Assembly: GCA_964187785.1 (NCBI GenBank)
Contig: OZ076413.1
Span: 49,664,001 to 49,728,000 of the forward strand
Length of the DNA stretch: 64,000 nt
Reading direction: 5' to 3'
DNA from: Amphiscolops sp. MND2022
Taxonomy: Eukaryota
The position numbers were made by a program, and so were the translations under genes. The notes beneath the pieces are model-generated. The model did no database searches. It was not told the DNA's origin and worked only from the letters and a program-made list of their open reading frames with translations. Positions 1-14,200 of this stretch are shown here, in pieces. The first letter of the stretch is position 1; the number at the start of each line of letters is the position of its first letter.

Positions 1-360
1 CTTTCATTGCTGTCAAGTCAACAAGGACTTGATAGGTTCTCAGAAAATTCCGTGCCAGCAGGAAATCTTCCACACCCATAGCGTCGTCAACAACAACTAA
101 GTTGGTCTCGAGATCGTAGCCTCCCAGTTGGAACTTCACTTGCTCTGCCAGGCCAAATGTCCTAATAGTTTTTCCGTTGGCGGCATATAGGTCAACACCA
201 TAAGGTCGCATCAAAGTGCCTGGATGCACAGCCAGCTTGTTGTATGCAGAGAATGTTAGTATGGATACGACTGAACCAGTGTCGATCAGTCCTCGTATAG
301 TCGCTGCATCAGGGATGGTGAAGGATACTACGAGCGACGCACGCTCATCGATCCTCGCTT
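1..360 (-). pseudogene. Retroviral-type aspartyl protease region of pol
   Basis: Translation GLIDTGSVVSILTFSAYNKLA...LYAANGKTIRTFG...DFLLARNFL. Confidence 0.85.
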
Positions 361-3300
361 CTACGGTTGGTTCTTGTTGATCAATGTTGTAGCTTCTCAA
401 TTCGTGTTGACCCAGACAGATTCCCGGGGGAAAAGTATCAGTAATGACGGTAGCCTCAAAACGTACATCTACTCCATCTACGTTTACCTTCACTGCGACT
501 GGGGAATATGCATGGTTTGTTGGTGTCATACGCTTCACTTGCCATTCCTCGGGTTGGGGAAACGTCAGTTGTCGTTATTTTTGATTTTCAGCAATTTCGT
601 AAATTAGCGCATCGATAGTTATATCAGGACGCGGTTCGCGTTCTATCGCCAGTAGCAAACGAATTGACAATATCGTTCGTCCGGATGGGTCAAAAGTGGT
701 GGGCTCGGGGTTGGTTTGTAATGAATTTTTCCGCATGTGATAGTCAGAGGCAACGCAATGTGGGCAGCTTCTGATGGTCGTAACATCAATACCATTTCGT
801 TGTCACTCATCGTGTGAGAGGTTTGTGGCTGTTCAGCCCAGAGGCTGTAGTCTAATGTCTCTTGTATTGCCGTATTCTGTCGTTGCGAGGCGGAAAGCTC
901 GGTCATGCCGAAGTAGACACTGAATATTGGGCCTGTGCATCCGGATGTCATTGTTTCTTCACAATAATTCTTTTGATCGTCTTGAGCTACAGGATCTTGT
1001 GGCTTTCTGGCTTGATCCTTAGTTGGGCATTCTCGGGCAAAGTGACCTGGTTGGCCACAATTGAAACAATTTACCTGGGGAACTCACATTGGTTGCAGTG
1101 GGATCTGTTTCACCGAAGGGGTGCTAGGTTGGGGTATCACGGGTTTTATATTTTGTTGCATCTGAGGAGGTGGTAGCACGTTCACTGGCATCCCGGGTGA
1201 TGGGTGAATCAGTTTCGCTGTCATGAAAGGATGAGGTCTCGACCTCATTGCGTATCTAGGGTCATAGGGCTTGGCAGTTAATGACCGATGCCTTTGTAAT
1301 TGGCGCGTGGTGAATCGTAGGGACTCAGCGATGGGTGGATCCGTCAAGAAGTTTTCGGCTGGATAAACCACAGCCAATTCTTGGCGCAATATTGGGTCAC
1401 GAACGCCATCAGTAAACCGTTGTAGGGTTTCGTAGCGTATAGTAGTGATGGGCCCATCATGAAATCCGTGTGTTCTCAACCCTTCGAGGGCGTCCAAGTA
1501 TTGCATCCAGTCCTCCTTCTCTTACTAGACACGCAACAAGAACGTTTGTCTCACATGCATCCTGTTTCCGTCAGTTCCCAATCTACTGGCCAAAAGGGTA
1601 AAAACCTTTTGGGATTGACCCGTTCTGGTTCAGAATTGTTAATGATATAGTTTCTCGTTTCTCCTTCCAGATGGTCAATTATTGCCCATGCCTTATCTAC
1701 TTCTGTGGATTTGGTATGTACACGTTCGAGAAAGCGTTTCATAAAGAGGAGCCATCCATATACATTACCGTTTTTGTACCTTTGTACACAGTTGGTAGAG
1801 ATCTAGTTTGTTCTCTGCCGGTTATCAATGGTGCTAGCTCCTTAGACATTGCTTAGATATTGCTTCGGTGAAATTTAGCTGTTCTGGGTAAATTGAAATT
1901 TCCTCAGCTGGGGCAGGGGGGCTAGACTGCTCGCTCCCTCGTGTGGATTTGAGCGGTTTATTGGAGGTTCCATGAGTCGATACTTCTTTTCGTCTGGTAC
2001 TGCTAGCGCATGGATTGCCCGGGGGCAAGTCATCGGTTGCAGTATGGAATTCTTCGGTTTTTTCTCCCAATGTTGCCTTGCCAGATTGGAATGTAGTAGT
2101 CATTTGAGATGTGGGAGTGCTACAGGTTGGGAGTTTTGAATCAGTGAATCCCATGCTGGAAATTTCAATGGTTATAGGGTCGTTCGCAGAACCCTTTTTG
2201 CATGTAGCACTCGGGGATGGATCTGTATTCAGCGTTGTCGATATTTGAATTCCACACGATAAAGGTTTGTATTTGGGTAGCACTGGCTTAGATGTTGATA
2301 CGTTCATTGGAGTGGTCGAGTTTTCTCTGGATTTGAGAGTTACGTTCTTTGTAGAGTGTTTGGGAGGTGTGCCTTTCATGATTTTGGTCAAGTGTATAGG
2401 TGCAGTGTTTTCAGTTTGAGGCTGGATATCTATCAATACAGTTCCAATTGCTTGAATTTGTGAACACATTTCTTGTAGCTGTGACTCCATGCGATATTCG
2501 CGTTGTATTAGCAGATCTTTCATTTCCATTAAGCGATAACCCATAGCATTCATTTCGGCGGCTTGCATCTTTTGTCCCTGTGCTTGTCTCTCAGCGGATA
2601 ATCGCAATATATTTTGCACAGCCTCAATCTCTGCAGCTATCTCTTGTTGTTCGCGGTTGCACTCTGCCATGTCCTCGGACAAGCGAGCAACAGTTCGTTC
2701 TGCTTCAAGTTGTGCTTGTAGTAGGGCTTTGCCGGCAATAGACGCTTCATGTACTGCTCTGTATGCAGAAGATCGTCTTGATGTTGCCTTAGACGATGGT
2801 GATGCGGAACGTGACGTGCTATGAGGTCCTGTCGCTGCTGCCAGTGCTAGTAAAGCTGGATGCCTTTACTTTTCTTCCCTTTCCTGAAGCTCTGGGTTCA
2901 GTCATCTCTAGTAGACGGGTCTTGGCATAGTTCATACATCCCACATTGCTCATCTCTTGCAATATATTTGCAGTAGTGTCGCTGGTTATACTCGTTGCTT
3001 TGGGTGCATCTCTTGTGCTCGGGCACCTTTGTCCGTCTGCGTTGCTGATCTCAGTTTTGGTTCTATTGGAAATAGGCCACGGCCTAGAGTCATCGGAATC
3101 AGAGGGTGTCATGTTTCTAGGTAGCTCTTGCAACCATTTCGATGTGTGCGTTTGGCTCTCTCCCTCTTCAGAAGATTCCTCTACCATTTGAGCGGCCCTC
3201 GTCACCTCTCTCGATTGATATTCTTCGGATATGTTGTCCGACATTGGGCCTGAAAAATCGGGAGCTATGTTAGAACTGTCATCAGTCGGCCAATCTTCCT

Positions 3301-3666
3301 CTCTAGGGTCAGAGGTATAGTTGGAAGAAGTATCAATGTTGGATATGGTAAGTTCTTGCTTCGTTGAATTCTCGACATGATTTGTAGGTGTCACCCTCCC
3401 TCCTTCAGAACCAATGGCGTAGCCAAGCGTTTTTACTCAACTTTTTTTAAATTGTTTCCCATATGTTGAGCACTATATCAACTTCTAACGTGTCTCAGTA
3501 CGTTTTCAGATAGTCGATTTTCGATCTAACGATCGTAGGGTAACGAAATTTATACAGCGTATAGGTTGAAAAGTGGTCGTTTGGGGGGAAACGTTCGAAA
3601 CTTATTCACGTAGTCCCTTGGTGTGTACGGAATGCAATGAAACAACAAAAAATACTATATAGGAGG

Positions 3667-3961
3667 TGTAACAGATTTTGTTGTTGATCGGACGTGCAGT
3701 ACGCTCATACACTCTATACGTATATGGTCAGTTACGTTTTTCACAAAGACTTTTTACGCTGCGTAGAGCTCTCAGGCTCGCTTTACCGGTGAAATGATGT
3801 GCAATAAGGTGTACAGGGTTAATGATGGGGGAAGGTAAGGGAATATGCGTCATGGTTGAATAAATTTTGAGACTTTGAGTGAAAACTTTTCTTCAATAAC
3901 TCTCAAGACAAAATTCCAATGGTCAACTTCAGCTTAAGTTTTTGACAGTGGCAATGTTACA
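3667..3961 (-). repeat. Candidate LTR (295 bp)
   Basis: Bounded by the inverted termini TGTAACA (3667) and TGTTACA (3955-3961), directly upstream of the gag-like ORFs. No second LTR in the window. Confidence 0.55.
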
Positions 3962-6179
3962 GGATATGAAACTTGATCTTCTGTGTCAGTAAGCACTCAC
4001 AATGCCAATACAAAGTTTTAGAAGAAGCTCGGGAGCTTCTCTAAAATATTGAAAAAGCACATCCAGACTATAGAGGCTATTAGGCAAAAATATCGAATAA
4101 CTTTTTGTTGACTTGGTGAACAATACGTACACAAAACTTCGTGGTCCGGCATTTATTTCAGTGGTGGTTGGGTTGAATCAACCGTTTTTCAGATACGGTT
4201 ACTTGGTAGGTGACCTTATCTCTTTTTGAAGACAGTCTGGTTTTTTGAAATTTTGATTATTTTCAGTTCATTTTCTAACTTTTCTCATCATTTAAAGGGA
4301 CTTTTTCGAGCAGTTTTCGCGTATAAACGTTAAATTTCATAAAGTAACTGAAAACGGTAGCCCTCAGGCTCATAAATAAGTAAAACAAGTAGTCGCTAAA
4401 AAGTTAGTGTTCTATTATAGGACACTCATATACGGCTCCCAAAATACGGTTTTATCGCAAGTTCTCAAGGTTAAACTAGTCAAAAAGACGGAATTTAAAG
4501 CTTTCTCGTGCCTTCAAGTGTGCCCCAACATGATTTTAGCCTTCTGGGAGTGCTCGGTGAATTTTGGCACACATTCCCAAAGCTGTTTCTTGCCTTACTT
4601 GAGTCAATTTTTTTTAAAAAACGGGAATTTTCCTCTCAGAACTTCACACAAAGTGCTCCAATCGGCAACTTTGAGGTTTCCGACGTCTTTTTGCAAGTCC
4701 TTAAGGACTCTGAGCTACTGTTTCTTGTTTTTTACTAGAGTGTGGCTAGCACCAAGAGCGCTCACGCGCATGTAGGTGTTTCGCCTGAAAAATGCCAAAA
4801 TTAAGACATTCTGCTAAGTTTACATGAAAAATAGCTGTTTTTCGTTACAAAACGGGTGCAAAAGGACACGCTCAAAAGTAGAAGGCTCGTATTAACATTA
4901 CCAAACAATTGCACACAAAACTTGAAGCAACCAAAAAAATTTTTGAACTTAGCTCGGAAAATTCATACAACCCCAATTGGTGAATCGTGTCTTCCCTCTT
5001 CCTACCTTTCCATCCAGTCCGATTAGAGACAAACGGCTTACACCTACTGAAAGGTCAGTGCTTGCACTACCATCCCACCAAGTTTATTCATTCTAGCACG
5101 TCTACGGAAGAAATGGGGTAGGTGAGTCGGGTGCTCTCAATTTCGCAAAAGGTAAGTTTCTGGCGAGCAAGGTACATCCTTTTCATGGAACTCGCTCCCA
5201 TAGTCAAAAACGCTGAAAAAGGCTGTAAAATACCTGTTAGTACATTTCGCGGCCTACCTGCGGCTCGCTGGATTAATTTTTCAAGTTACGCGTTAAGAGG
5301 ATCCAAGTTCCACAACATGTACCTGTAAAAAACGTCAATACGGCAAATTACTAGACATTTAGAGAATTTACCGTTATTCATCGGGCGTAAGGCCTTTAAT
5401 GACACAGACAAACGATAAAATTGTTGAAAAACTCTGCTTCTTTTTTCTTCAATCAGAGTCTGGTCGTTCTTGGCATCCATCACCAGAGAGTCAGCTGTTT
5501 TAAAACGGTTAAGAGAAGTACTCTGGAACGATTCCACTGTGGTCGCTAATAAATGTAGTCTCCATGTAACGACAAGCTCTCACCAGGTCGTCATTTCATC
5601 ATAGAGGGGTGGAGTTACCTACAGCATAGGTATGTGCCCGGGACATACTCCCATGACGACAGGCCCATTTTGTCTCTATGTTGGAAATGGAGCACTCGCT
5701 GACTTTTTCCAGTCTGTAATTGCTATCGGCAGTGCGAATTACACTTTTTCATTGAAATTAACACTCAGATAGCCTTCAAAAATTTGAACGGTGACAAAGA
5801 TAAAATCTCGTTCAAGGTTTCTGTGAAATCAGTAGCTCACGAGCTAAACATTCCAATCAATCGGTGTTTTATCGGCAATTTACTGCACTAATCACATGAC
5901 AAGGTGACAATGAAAGGGTACACAAGCACAGATGCTTGTTTAAGCGATTACAAGACGCATTTCCAGTCTTTCCAACTTTAACTAGCAACATGCTAATAAA
6001 AGCGCGATAAGACGACGAAAAGAGTCTATTTGATTGTAGAGTTTGAGTTAATTTCTGCGTTTTGTCAGCACACAATCTTTTTCGTTCTTTTCGCAAGGGG
6101 GTATCTGCCTCTTTTTGCCGTTCTGGCCCATTTCAATTCATCTGGCAGGTACTTGATAAAGACACGGAGTCTTTCAGCG

Positions 6180-6620
6180 GAATATGACAAAATCGCCAAA
6201 TTCTAGTTCCCAATCCAGTGCCTGAAGTAATTTGTATTCGAATATTTGTCGATGAGAGGTCGTCGTTAAAATTCATTCCTGATCATCGATTCCGTTTCAG
6301 GTCCAAAATGAAAACTTCACACGAGCACTAGTCGACAAACCAGAATTGATAAAGATAACTCCCATTTCGATGTACCGTTTTTTGCCACTAGACCGCAGAA
6401 AAGCTTTTGACATATTCGAGCATGATTACATTCTACTCAAATGGAAAACCTATGCCGTGAGAGCTGTTCGTGTAGAGTTATTCAGATCCTTTCTAAAAGG
6501 TCGCACACGGCGTACTAGTATTAAAAATAAGCTTTCAGATACTGCTGTGATGATTTACGATTTACCGCACGGACTTTTTTTAGGCCCGATAATAAATCAA
6601 AAGCTAATATCGTTTTGTGA
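6180..6620 (+). pseudogene. LINE (CR1/L2-like) reverse transcriptase fragment
   Basis: KAFDIFEHDYILLKWKTY...FRSFLKGR...LPHGLFLGP resembles the AFDxxxH...GVPQGSILGP RT motifs. Confidence 0.7.
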
Positions 6621-6640
6621 CACGACGCTAGTATTAACAA

Positions 6641-8128
6641 CCCAAGTTGATCGAACATACTCACCATCTATGATCATACTATGATCAAACTTTTAACATG
6701 GTCATTCCATGATCTTTATATTGCCAAGATCTTACCGTGGCGACCATGTTTCAAGAGAAAAAGTGTAGTGAGAGTATCCGACATGGCAGCTTCTTGTTCA
6801 CATAGTTCACAAAAATGGCTTGCCGAAGTCCCTATGCTGTAATTTTAGGGAGGCTCTCAGCTCGTTAGATACATAGTATCACACTTGACGAGACCCACGA
6901 CGAAAACGTGGCTTCCTTCGTGTATCAAAACTGGAAAAATATAAAACCAAAATAGCTTGAAATCAATGAAAACATTTCAGATCTGTGTTTAGATACACTA
7001 GAATCGACGAATAAGAATATAAAAAGACCATGTCTATTTTTCGGTTCAAACAATTACTGGAATTATGCGCAACAACGATGATGCAAAACGGGAATAACGC
7101 CTAAAGCCAAGTCATGCCCATTCCCTATATAAAGACCTTAAATTTAGTATGGGCGCTAATAACGGCTAAAAATGTTTCGGAATAACGTCTAAAAATGTTT
7201 CGGAGTAACGTCCAAAATTGTTTCGGGAATAACGTCTAAGGTTCAATGAATGAAGATTGGAAATGAGCAGGACTTGGCTTTAGACGTTATTCCGGACCTA
7301 AAGAATAACGTCTAAATGCAAAACAAACCGGAATAACGTCTGAATGCAAAACTGGAATAACGTCTAAATGCAAAACAGGAATAACGTCTAAATGCAAAAC
7401 AGGAATACAGTCTAAATCCCATGCCCATTCCCTATATAGAGACCTTGAATTTAGTATGACCGCGAATAACATCTAAAAATGTTTCGGAATAACGTCTAAA
7501 AATGTTTCGGGAATAACGTCTGAAGTTCAATGTATGAAGATTGGAAATGAGCATGACTTTGCTTTAGACGTTATTCCGGACCTAAAGAATAACGTCTAAA
7601 TGCAAAACGGGAATAACGTCTAAAAAACGTCCAAATGCAAAACAGGAATAACGTCTAAATGCAAATCAGGAATAACGCCTAAATCAGTTATTATTGATCT
7701 AAAACGTCTAAATGCAAAACGAGATTAACATCTGAGGACCATATGTACTTCTTGAATTGAAAAATTACCCAAATTACCCCCAAAAAATCCCGAAAATCCT
7801 ACCTATCTCAGCGGCTTCAGGAAACGCGGTGCCGAAAAGCGTCCTTAATGCTACCCGGGCCATTAAGGTAACCCATGTAACAGAACAGAAACAACGGTTT
7901 CAAACAGAACATTGATGAAATGATTCATAAATGCGCGCCGATATCCAATAATAACCGCTAGGTGATAATCGAATTTTTGGAAAATTTCGAACATGTTCAA
8001 TCATACTATGATCATAGTCACCGACATGCTATTCATAATATGACCATACCATGATGATAGTATGACCATCATGACCATACTATGACATGGTATGATTCAT
8101 CATTTCCGAATATGTCGGTCAACCTGGG
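6641..8128. mobile_element. Non-autonomous TIR element with CATGAT-rich subterminal repeats, interrupted by other repeats
   Basis: Left end CCCAAGTTGATCGAACATA is an imperfect inverted repeat of right end TATGTCGGTCAACCTGGG. Confidence 0.5.
7085..7735 (+). repeat. Array of the GGAATAACGTCTAAA motif (24-bp units GGAATAACGTCTAAATGCAAAACA) with a ~0.3-kb internal duplication
   Basis: Many direct copies. The block at ~7113-7330 is repeated at ~7420-7610. Confidence 0.9.
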
Positions 8129-9369
8129 AAAATAAGCAAGGCTCAAACTGAACAAACAAAACTCCGGAATTTCAGTCACCGAATTGCAGCAATATTATAC
8201 TGCCAAAGACATGATATATCTGAAATTTCCTTAGAACTCAACAAATATTCTTGCCAGCTGATAAAAAGTTAACTTTCAGTCGAAATCAAAAAGCTCAAAA
8301 AGCTCCGTGACATCAAGAGAGTCTGGTCCAAGTCCATCATACTAAATTCACAACGAGAAGGTTAATCAAAACTGTCGTGAAAAGGCCCAATACCCTTCAA
8401 TCTATCGTCAAGAGAAAACGATGCCTTGACAGAAAAAGATCATCTAAGAAAAGACGTCAGCGAAAACTGAGACCCAGAACAAACTCTGAGAAAACGATTA
8501 AAGAACAAGGGTTACTTTGGTTTTTACTCCGGTAGTTTCCAGGAACTTAATCGTTTCGGAGCGGCCTTGGTGAAAACAACCATGGCTAATAGATGTAGGA
8601 GAAACCAGGTATAGTAACACATTCTTTTTGGTAACAGGAAATTCCGCGACATTGATTGGAATGACAGCACTACCAATCATGATGAAAACAGCTGTCAGCT
8701 AGGAACCATCATCACAACGTGTTTCTAAGAACAAATACACATCTGAATATAGGATACCATACATCAACAAAAACGTTAGCAACCTGCACCGTTCTTCATG
8801 TTTTCATGTTTCACCTTTTGTAACCTCTTGAGTTCAAAGTCCTCGATCATTCTAAGAATAATTTCGTTCACGGCAATTCAGTTTCGAAAAACAATGTCAA
8901 AATTTACCAAACCAAAGCTCAAGTTTGGTTTAGTTCGGTATTTTTTCACTTTCTGATTGATTATTTCAAAAATTCGGGTTTTCCACATTTTTTGGTGTAC
9001 TGCTACAATTTTTTCGTATAAAAACTCGGACTGTCTGTGAAAAAATTGCATACTGAAAACTATCTAGTCGTTCTTTCACACCAATTCAATAAAAAACGAG
9101 AATCAACCCGCGAAATCAATATCAATTGCGAATTCAATCAAAAAATTATATTCTCTCGAGAAGCAAACCGAGAAAAGGTCTCCGATTATTTGAGATCCAG
9201 AATCGAGAAATTGATTGTCACTCGTGAATCGACAATAACTTTGCCAAGACGTTAACAACCCTGCGCCTGGGACTGGAGTCCGTTTGATTGGCGAGAAATA
9301 CAGATTACAGACATCGTGGTAATCACTGAGTAAGCAGCGCCGAAAACATGAAACATTTGGATATTACTA

Positions 9370-10050
9370 CGGCAATGGGACCAAATAGCCTCAATTCTAG
9401 ACTTCTACACGAGACGCTGCAGCAGATAGCCCCAATCGTGACCAATATCTTCGCAATGTTTTGGTAGTCTGATGAATTTCCCAAGAATGGATGTACGCCA
9501 AGATTTCAGCTAGTCACAAGAAAGACCCGAAAAATGACATTTTTTTCCCAATTATCATAGAGAGATCAGTCTAACAGCACTCTGCTTCAAAATTATGACA
9601 TGAATAGCCAAATGGCACAATATTAATTTCCTGGCTATAAATCATGTCAGGACTGGTCAGCAGTTCGGCTTCGTTCCGGGACGCTCGACAACCTTACAAG
9701 TGCTCAAAGCACTTACAATAATTAACCTACCGGAACATGATCTCTCAAAAAAGGGTCTCTACGACCTGATGAAATGGTCTGAAGGATGTTATCTGGAATT
9801 CAGTTCGTCAAAACATAACGAGTCCACCTGAAGCCTAACAACGGCAACATCGAGTAATTTTGTCCCTAGATATTAAAACACATTTGAGTGTTTTTAACAA
9901 CGAGAAAGACCTCGGAGTAATGTTCGTTTAAAAATTCGAACGAACACAAAATCAAGAAAACGAAAACAACAAATAGCAATGTAGCAAATACTAGAAAATG
10001 CTTTACAAGCAATAATGCTTCAACAATGGCCTACGCCTACAACTTTGAAA
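9370..10050 (+). pseudogene. CR1-like LINE RT remnant with internal deletions
   Basis: Degenerate GPN.LNSRLLHET..QIAPIVTNIF, WMYAKISASHKK, QFGFVPGRST and EKDLGV motifs. Confidence 0.7.
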
Positions 10051-10357
10051 AGAATCTGTGAATTTAAAACACTTACCACATAAACTATTCCAATTCTCTA
10101 TCAGCGATTACTTTTAACTTGGTTGTAAGATTCAACTTTCCTTGTTCCGCTTTGCCACTGCAAGCCTAATTGTTGATAAAACTTTATTGAATATTTTCGG
10201 AGACGTTATTGTTTGGCGCACCCTGATTGGCAATTCAGGACTCTGGAACCCTGTTGTTGGTTTGACACACCATTTGTTCTCAACTCTAATCGACAAACAG
10301 TTAGTTCGTTCCTTCATCTTGAGGTTTTCCGAATGAGGCGTGAGTTCCCTCTGACCA

Positions 10358-10842
10358 GTCTTTACTTCATCTACCTATACCTCACGTGCCTCTGTTTGTA
10401 TTAGGTCTGAAGCTATCCTCGGATTGTCCCTCAACCCTTGAACAGGAAAGAATCTTTCGAAAAACCGTGTTGACTGTTTCCTGCATGATCAACAATAGAG
10501 GTGTTTTCACAATCAAACATAAAACAACCTCTTTCGATTAAACAGTTGTTGGAAATCCTTAGAAAACATCGTCAGAATTTTGCTGCTTTGCTGTACTGCC
10601 GAAAGGTTGGGACTCCAATCATCTTTGACAAACAAAGAACGAGGAACATGCTCATCCTTGACGTCGAGGAAAGGTTTCTATCAAAAAGTAAACAAAAAAC
10701 ACCTTCAATCACAAAAGAAATTCAGAACCTCTACCCGAAGACTACCTTCGAACGAAATTTTACCACTAGTATTCTGAGGAGAAAGCCCGCTAACTTCTTC
10801 TGTCTGGTATTTACAGAAACGCTCCAAGACACTAATATATAA
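10358..10842 (+). pseudogene. Divergent homolog of the SGNH-like ORF0 of the Mag-type element
   Basis: EAILGLSLNP (10409-10438) matches HAGPGFSLNP. QPLSIKQL...LYCRKVGTPIIFDKQRT...LSKSKQ aligns with ORF0 QPQSVNQL...VYCQRTVSPNIFEDLRT...LSKSEQ. Confidence 0.7.
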
Positions 10843-11224
10843 ATACAAAAAGTAGACGGGAAAGCTCGCTAATTCGCTAAGTCATCTCAAACACTTGCTT
10901 TAGAAAGCTTCAGCAGCTTTTTAGGTTTCATTACACTGCTTTAGAGCGCTTCGGTATTTTTTAGGTTTCATTACTCTGCAGCAGCAATCGCACTCTTTTG
11001 ACAGGATCCTCCCAAAAACAAAGAGGTTCAAGCTGTCCAAAAAATGAAATACAAAACGCAACAAATGCGACTACATTGGCGACAAAAGCGTCCTCAAGCT
11101 TCATAAAAATCTATCCACGCTATTTCTGTCAGTCAATAAAGTTGCCCCTGAAGTGGTACCAAAAATTTCTCGAAGAAATCATTCCATCCTTGTCGTATTT
11201 CATGTGGATCAAAACACTGTTCAA

Positions 11225-14200
11225 AAAAATTAGTATTCAGTAGAAGGCAATTACCAAAGGTGCATCGACATTTCATCTGAAATAAAGGAAAATATAAAAA
11301 CATATTATTCAGTGTACACGTGATCCTCTTTTGAGGAATTCTGGTGGCTACTTGTACATGTATTCGTTGATCATCAGGTTCAGTTTCTTGACAGATGCTG
11401 ACTTCCTAATCGGGCTGTCGGGACTAGTGAAAAACTCTACAACCAAAGATTTGCTTCTGTCAGAAACGCAAGTGGAAATCTGTTCGATCCTTCCAGTGGT
11501 GGTAGCAAAATCTGTACTTGGTCACTGGGTCAGGGGAAAAGGTTGTTAGACTGAGAAAGGGAGCTAATTGGCTAGTACTTGCCTGAATTGTTCTCTGAGA
11601 CCGGTTTGAGTCTTCCTGAGTGAGCTATGCTGTATTATTGCCCTTTCGAACGACGTGCACCGCAGGAAACGTCGCAGAACGAAAGACCACACGCTTTCCG
11701 ATGAGATAAACGATGACAGCAACAAGTCGCTTTTTCCTTCCAAGCAAAATTTCCGAGGGAGAATTCCCTTACACTGAAGAAATGTTACGCTTTGTGAACA
11801 GGATTCGTTGCAACGTTGCAAACAATCTGACACGAAGTGACGAGTTTCATACCTTCTTTCTGTTCATTCTGGGACAGCCTGTTCAGCAAGTCCATTACTT
11901 CTTGGATTGCAGGTTGGACTTTCCAATTTGGTTTATCCTTGAACCTGTAACCACCTGACAAATTTGTCGTTGATGAATTCCTTTGCTTTGTCGGAAACTA
12001 ATGAGTGCGGGACCTCAAATTTCCCAAACATGGCGGACAGACTCTATATGACTTTCTCCGGGAGGTGATAGCTGCACATGAAAGCTTATGTCCAACCGGA
12101 AACACCATCAACAAAAGTGAGAATGTTGCCTACTTCTTGGATAGGAGCACAATCCATGTGTAGTTTCTCCCATTGCAGAGCACCTGGCCACGTATCTAAC
12201 TTTGCATCAGTTCGTGGTCAGATTCGTGGTGGCTCGCTCAATGAAAAAGTTCCCGTATTCTTAGTGGAATGTAAGGTCTAGTTATCTTGTGTAGCAACCC
12301 GATCTCGACTGTGAGAAAACCAGATACTCTTTTGAAGACATGCTCTGCTAGCACTTATGCTTTCCAATCGCCATTAAATTACACGGGTGATATTTCGCTT
12401 TGCCAATTCCTCGCGTTCACATTCACTTCTCAACTCTTCGAATAGAATGATTTTATGCTCCGCAAAGTGGACACAAATTTCCTAAAAACTGGGATCTGAA
12501 ATCAACTAGTCTGAATTCGTCGTCACCTTCATCAAATTTCAGTCTGCACATGGCGTCGGCATGAGAAATCGAAGACTCTTCATTGTATTTCATCTTATAA
12601 TTCAAGACAAGAAGCGAAAAAGCCCACCTTGTGATTCTTGCTGATACGGATTTTGGGAGTTCCTTTTTTCAAACAAATGTGAACTCCAGAGGATGATGAT
12701 CAGTTACGAGCTTGTTTTAATGGCCCAGTAAAAACTGCTTCATGCGGTTACCACGAAGACAATCACTAGGGCTTCAAGCTCTATGTTAGAGTACCTTTGG
12801 TCAACTTGAGACAACTTCTTTGATACAGAATTACAGGGTGCCAATCTTTTGAGGAAATTCTCGATGGTTCGCTGAATTTTTACGGATGCGTTTTACTTCC
12901 ATGAGGTAGTTGTTGTAGTGATGACCACGATCTTGCGCTTCATCATCCAGCAGTTTTTGATAGTGAGCAGATGACAAGTAAATCTTGACATAAAACTATG
13001 TTCCTTCCAGCTCCTGAAATAGTGCTTCCATGTCGGGAAGCGGGAAGGCTTCAGTCATGATCTTATCGTTCACATTATCTTTGAAGTGTGCACAAAGCCT
13101 GAAAGGTCCGTCTTTCTTCCTTTGCCACACGACTGGCTAGACATTCATGACACTTCGTGGTTCGACTGGGGTATTGATTCCTACTGCTTGAATTTTCTCG
13201 AACTCAGTCTTGAACTGGGATTCCATGGCAGGTGGAACATTCCGAGCGCGACAAAAAACAAATTTTGCATCAGACCTCAGATTGATAGTGGCCTTAACTC
13301 TTTAGATGACAGGCAAGACTTCTAGATTTTTAGAGTTTTACACTTTCAGACTTTTTAGAAACTCGGAAAAAGTAGCGTTGTGAAAGTGATTCGGGTCACG
13401 TCTGTGTCGATCAATCGGATTTCTTACTCGGACTTGATAACCGCAACGTCAACGCAATGAATTGCCTTTCCCATGGAATCTCAAACTTAAAATGAACAAG
13501 GTACTGCATTCTCTGTCCATCGTACGCTTCAATCTTTCGGGGTTAGTGCTCAATGTGTGACAGTCACTTCTCCGCCAAATGTCTGTTGAAATAGTGATCA
13601 CTGAAGAACCAGTGTCGTTCTGCTTTCAAACATCAATACCAGTTAACTTGATGTTTTGAAATCAACATTGCTTCCAATGTGATAAACCTCTTCCACAGTT
13701 GCTATTTATTTTGCATATTGCATGGTTTTTCCAGATGAAGAGCGCTCTTCGAATTCTTGTTATTCACAAACATGGTAAACTGATTCATTTGATTTCGATA
13801 GGTTTTCCTTCAATTTGCATGGCTTCTTGTCTTTTAGCGATGAACAGTGTGGAGTAGTGTTCTTGCTTCGAACAATTGTGAAACTTTTCATCCTTAGCAG
13901 GACAATCATAAGTTGAGTGGAATGGTTTTCGTCCACATCGTCCACCCTGCTTTGGCTTCTGACGGCGAATCAGAGCTTTTTTTAACTAAGGGGCACGTTT
14001 CTCCGCGTATGCAAACACACGTGAAGTTGACTGATGTACTGAGCTCTCAGCATTTTTCTTGGCCTGGGTTCTATATTGGGCGAGCTAAAGCAATTCTTCA
14101 ATCGTCAAGTTGTCGTTTGCTCTGAGTGTCTCAAGTGCCTCGATTCGCTGTCTCTTAATTCGACGGTATTTCTCAATCGAATCAATCCAGCTTCAGGATG

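Larger units (their letters stand above)
1..3961 (-). mobile_element. Degenerate Ty3/Gypsy LTR retrotransposon, 5' part (LTR, long gag, protease); continues left of the window
   Basis: Minus-strand protease motif IRGLIDTGSVVSIL (~260-300). CCHC knuckle NCFNCGQPGHFARECP (~1024-1072). Capsid-like segments at 1084-1742 (KAWAIIDHLEGE..., YLDALEGLR...QRFTDGVRD). Frameshifted upstream ORFs at 1834-3394. Confidence 0.85.

Noticed and set aside
4292..4705. TTAA-flanked Kolobok-like element
   Set aside because: Terminal match too short to support.
7085..7735. CRISPR-like array
   Set aside because: Spacers are short and repetitive, there are no cas genes, and the context is eukaryotic.
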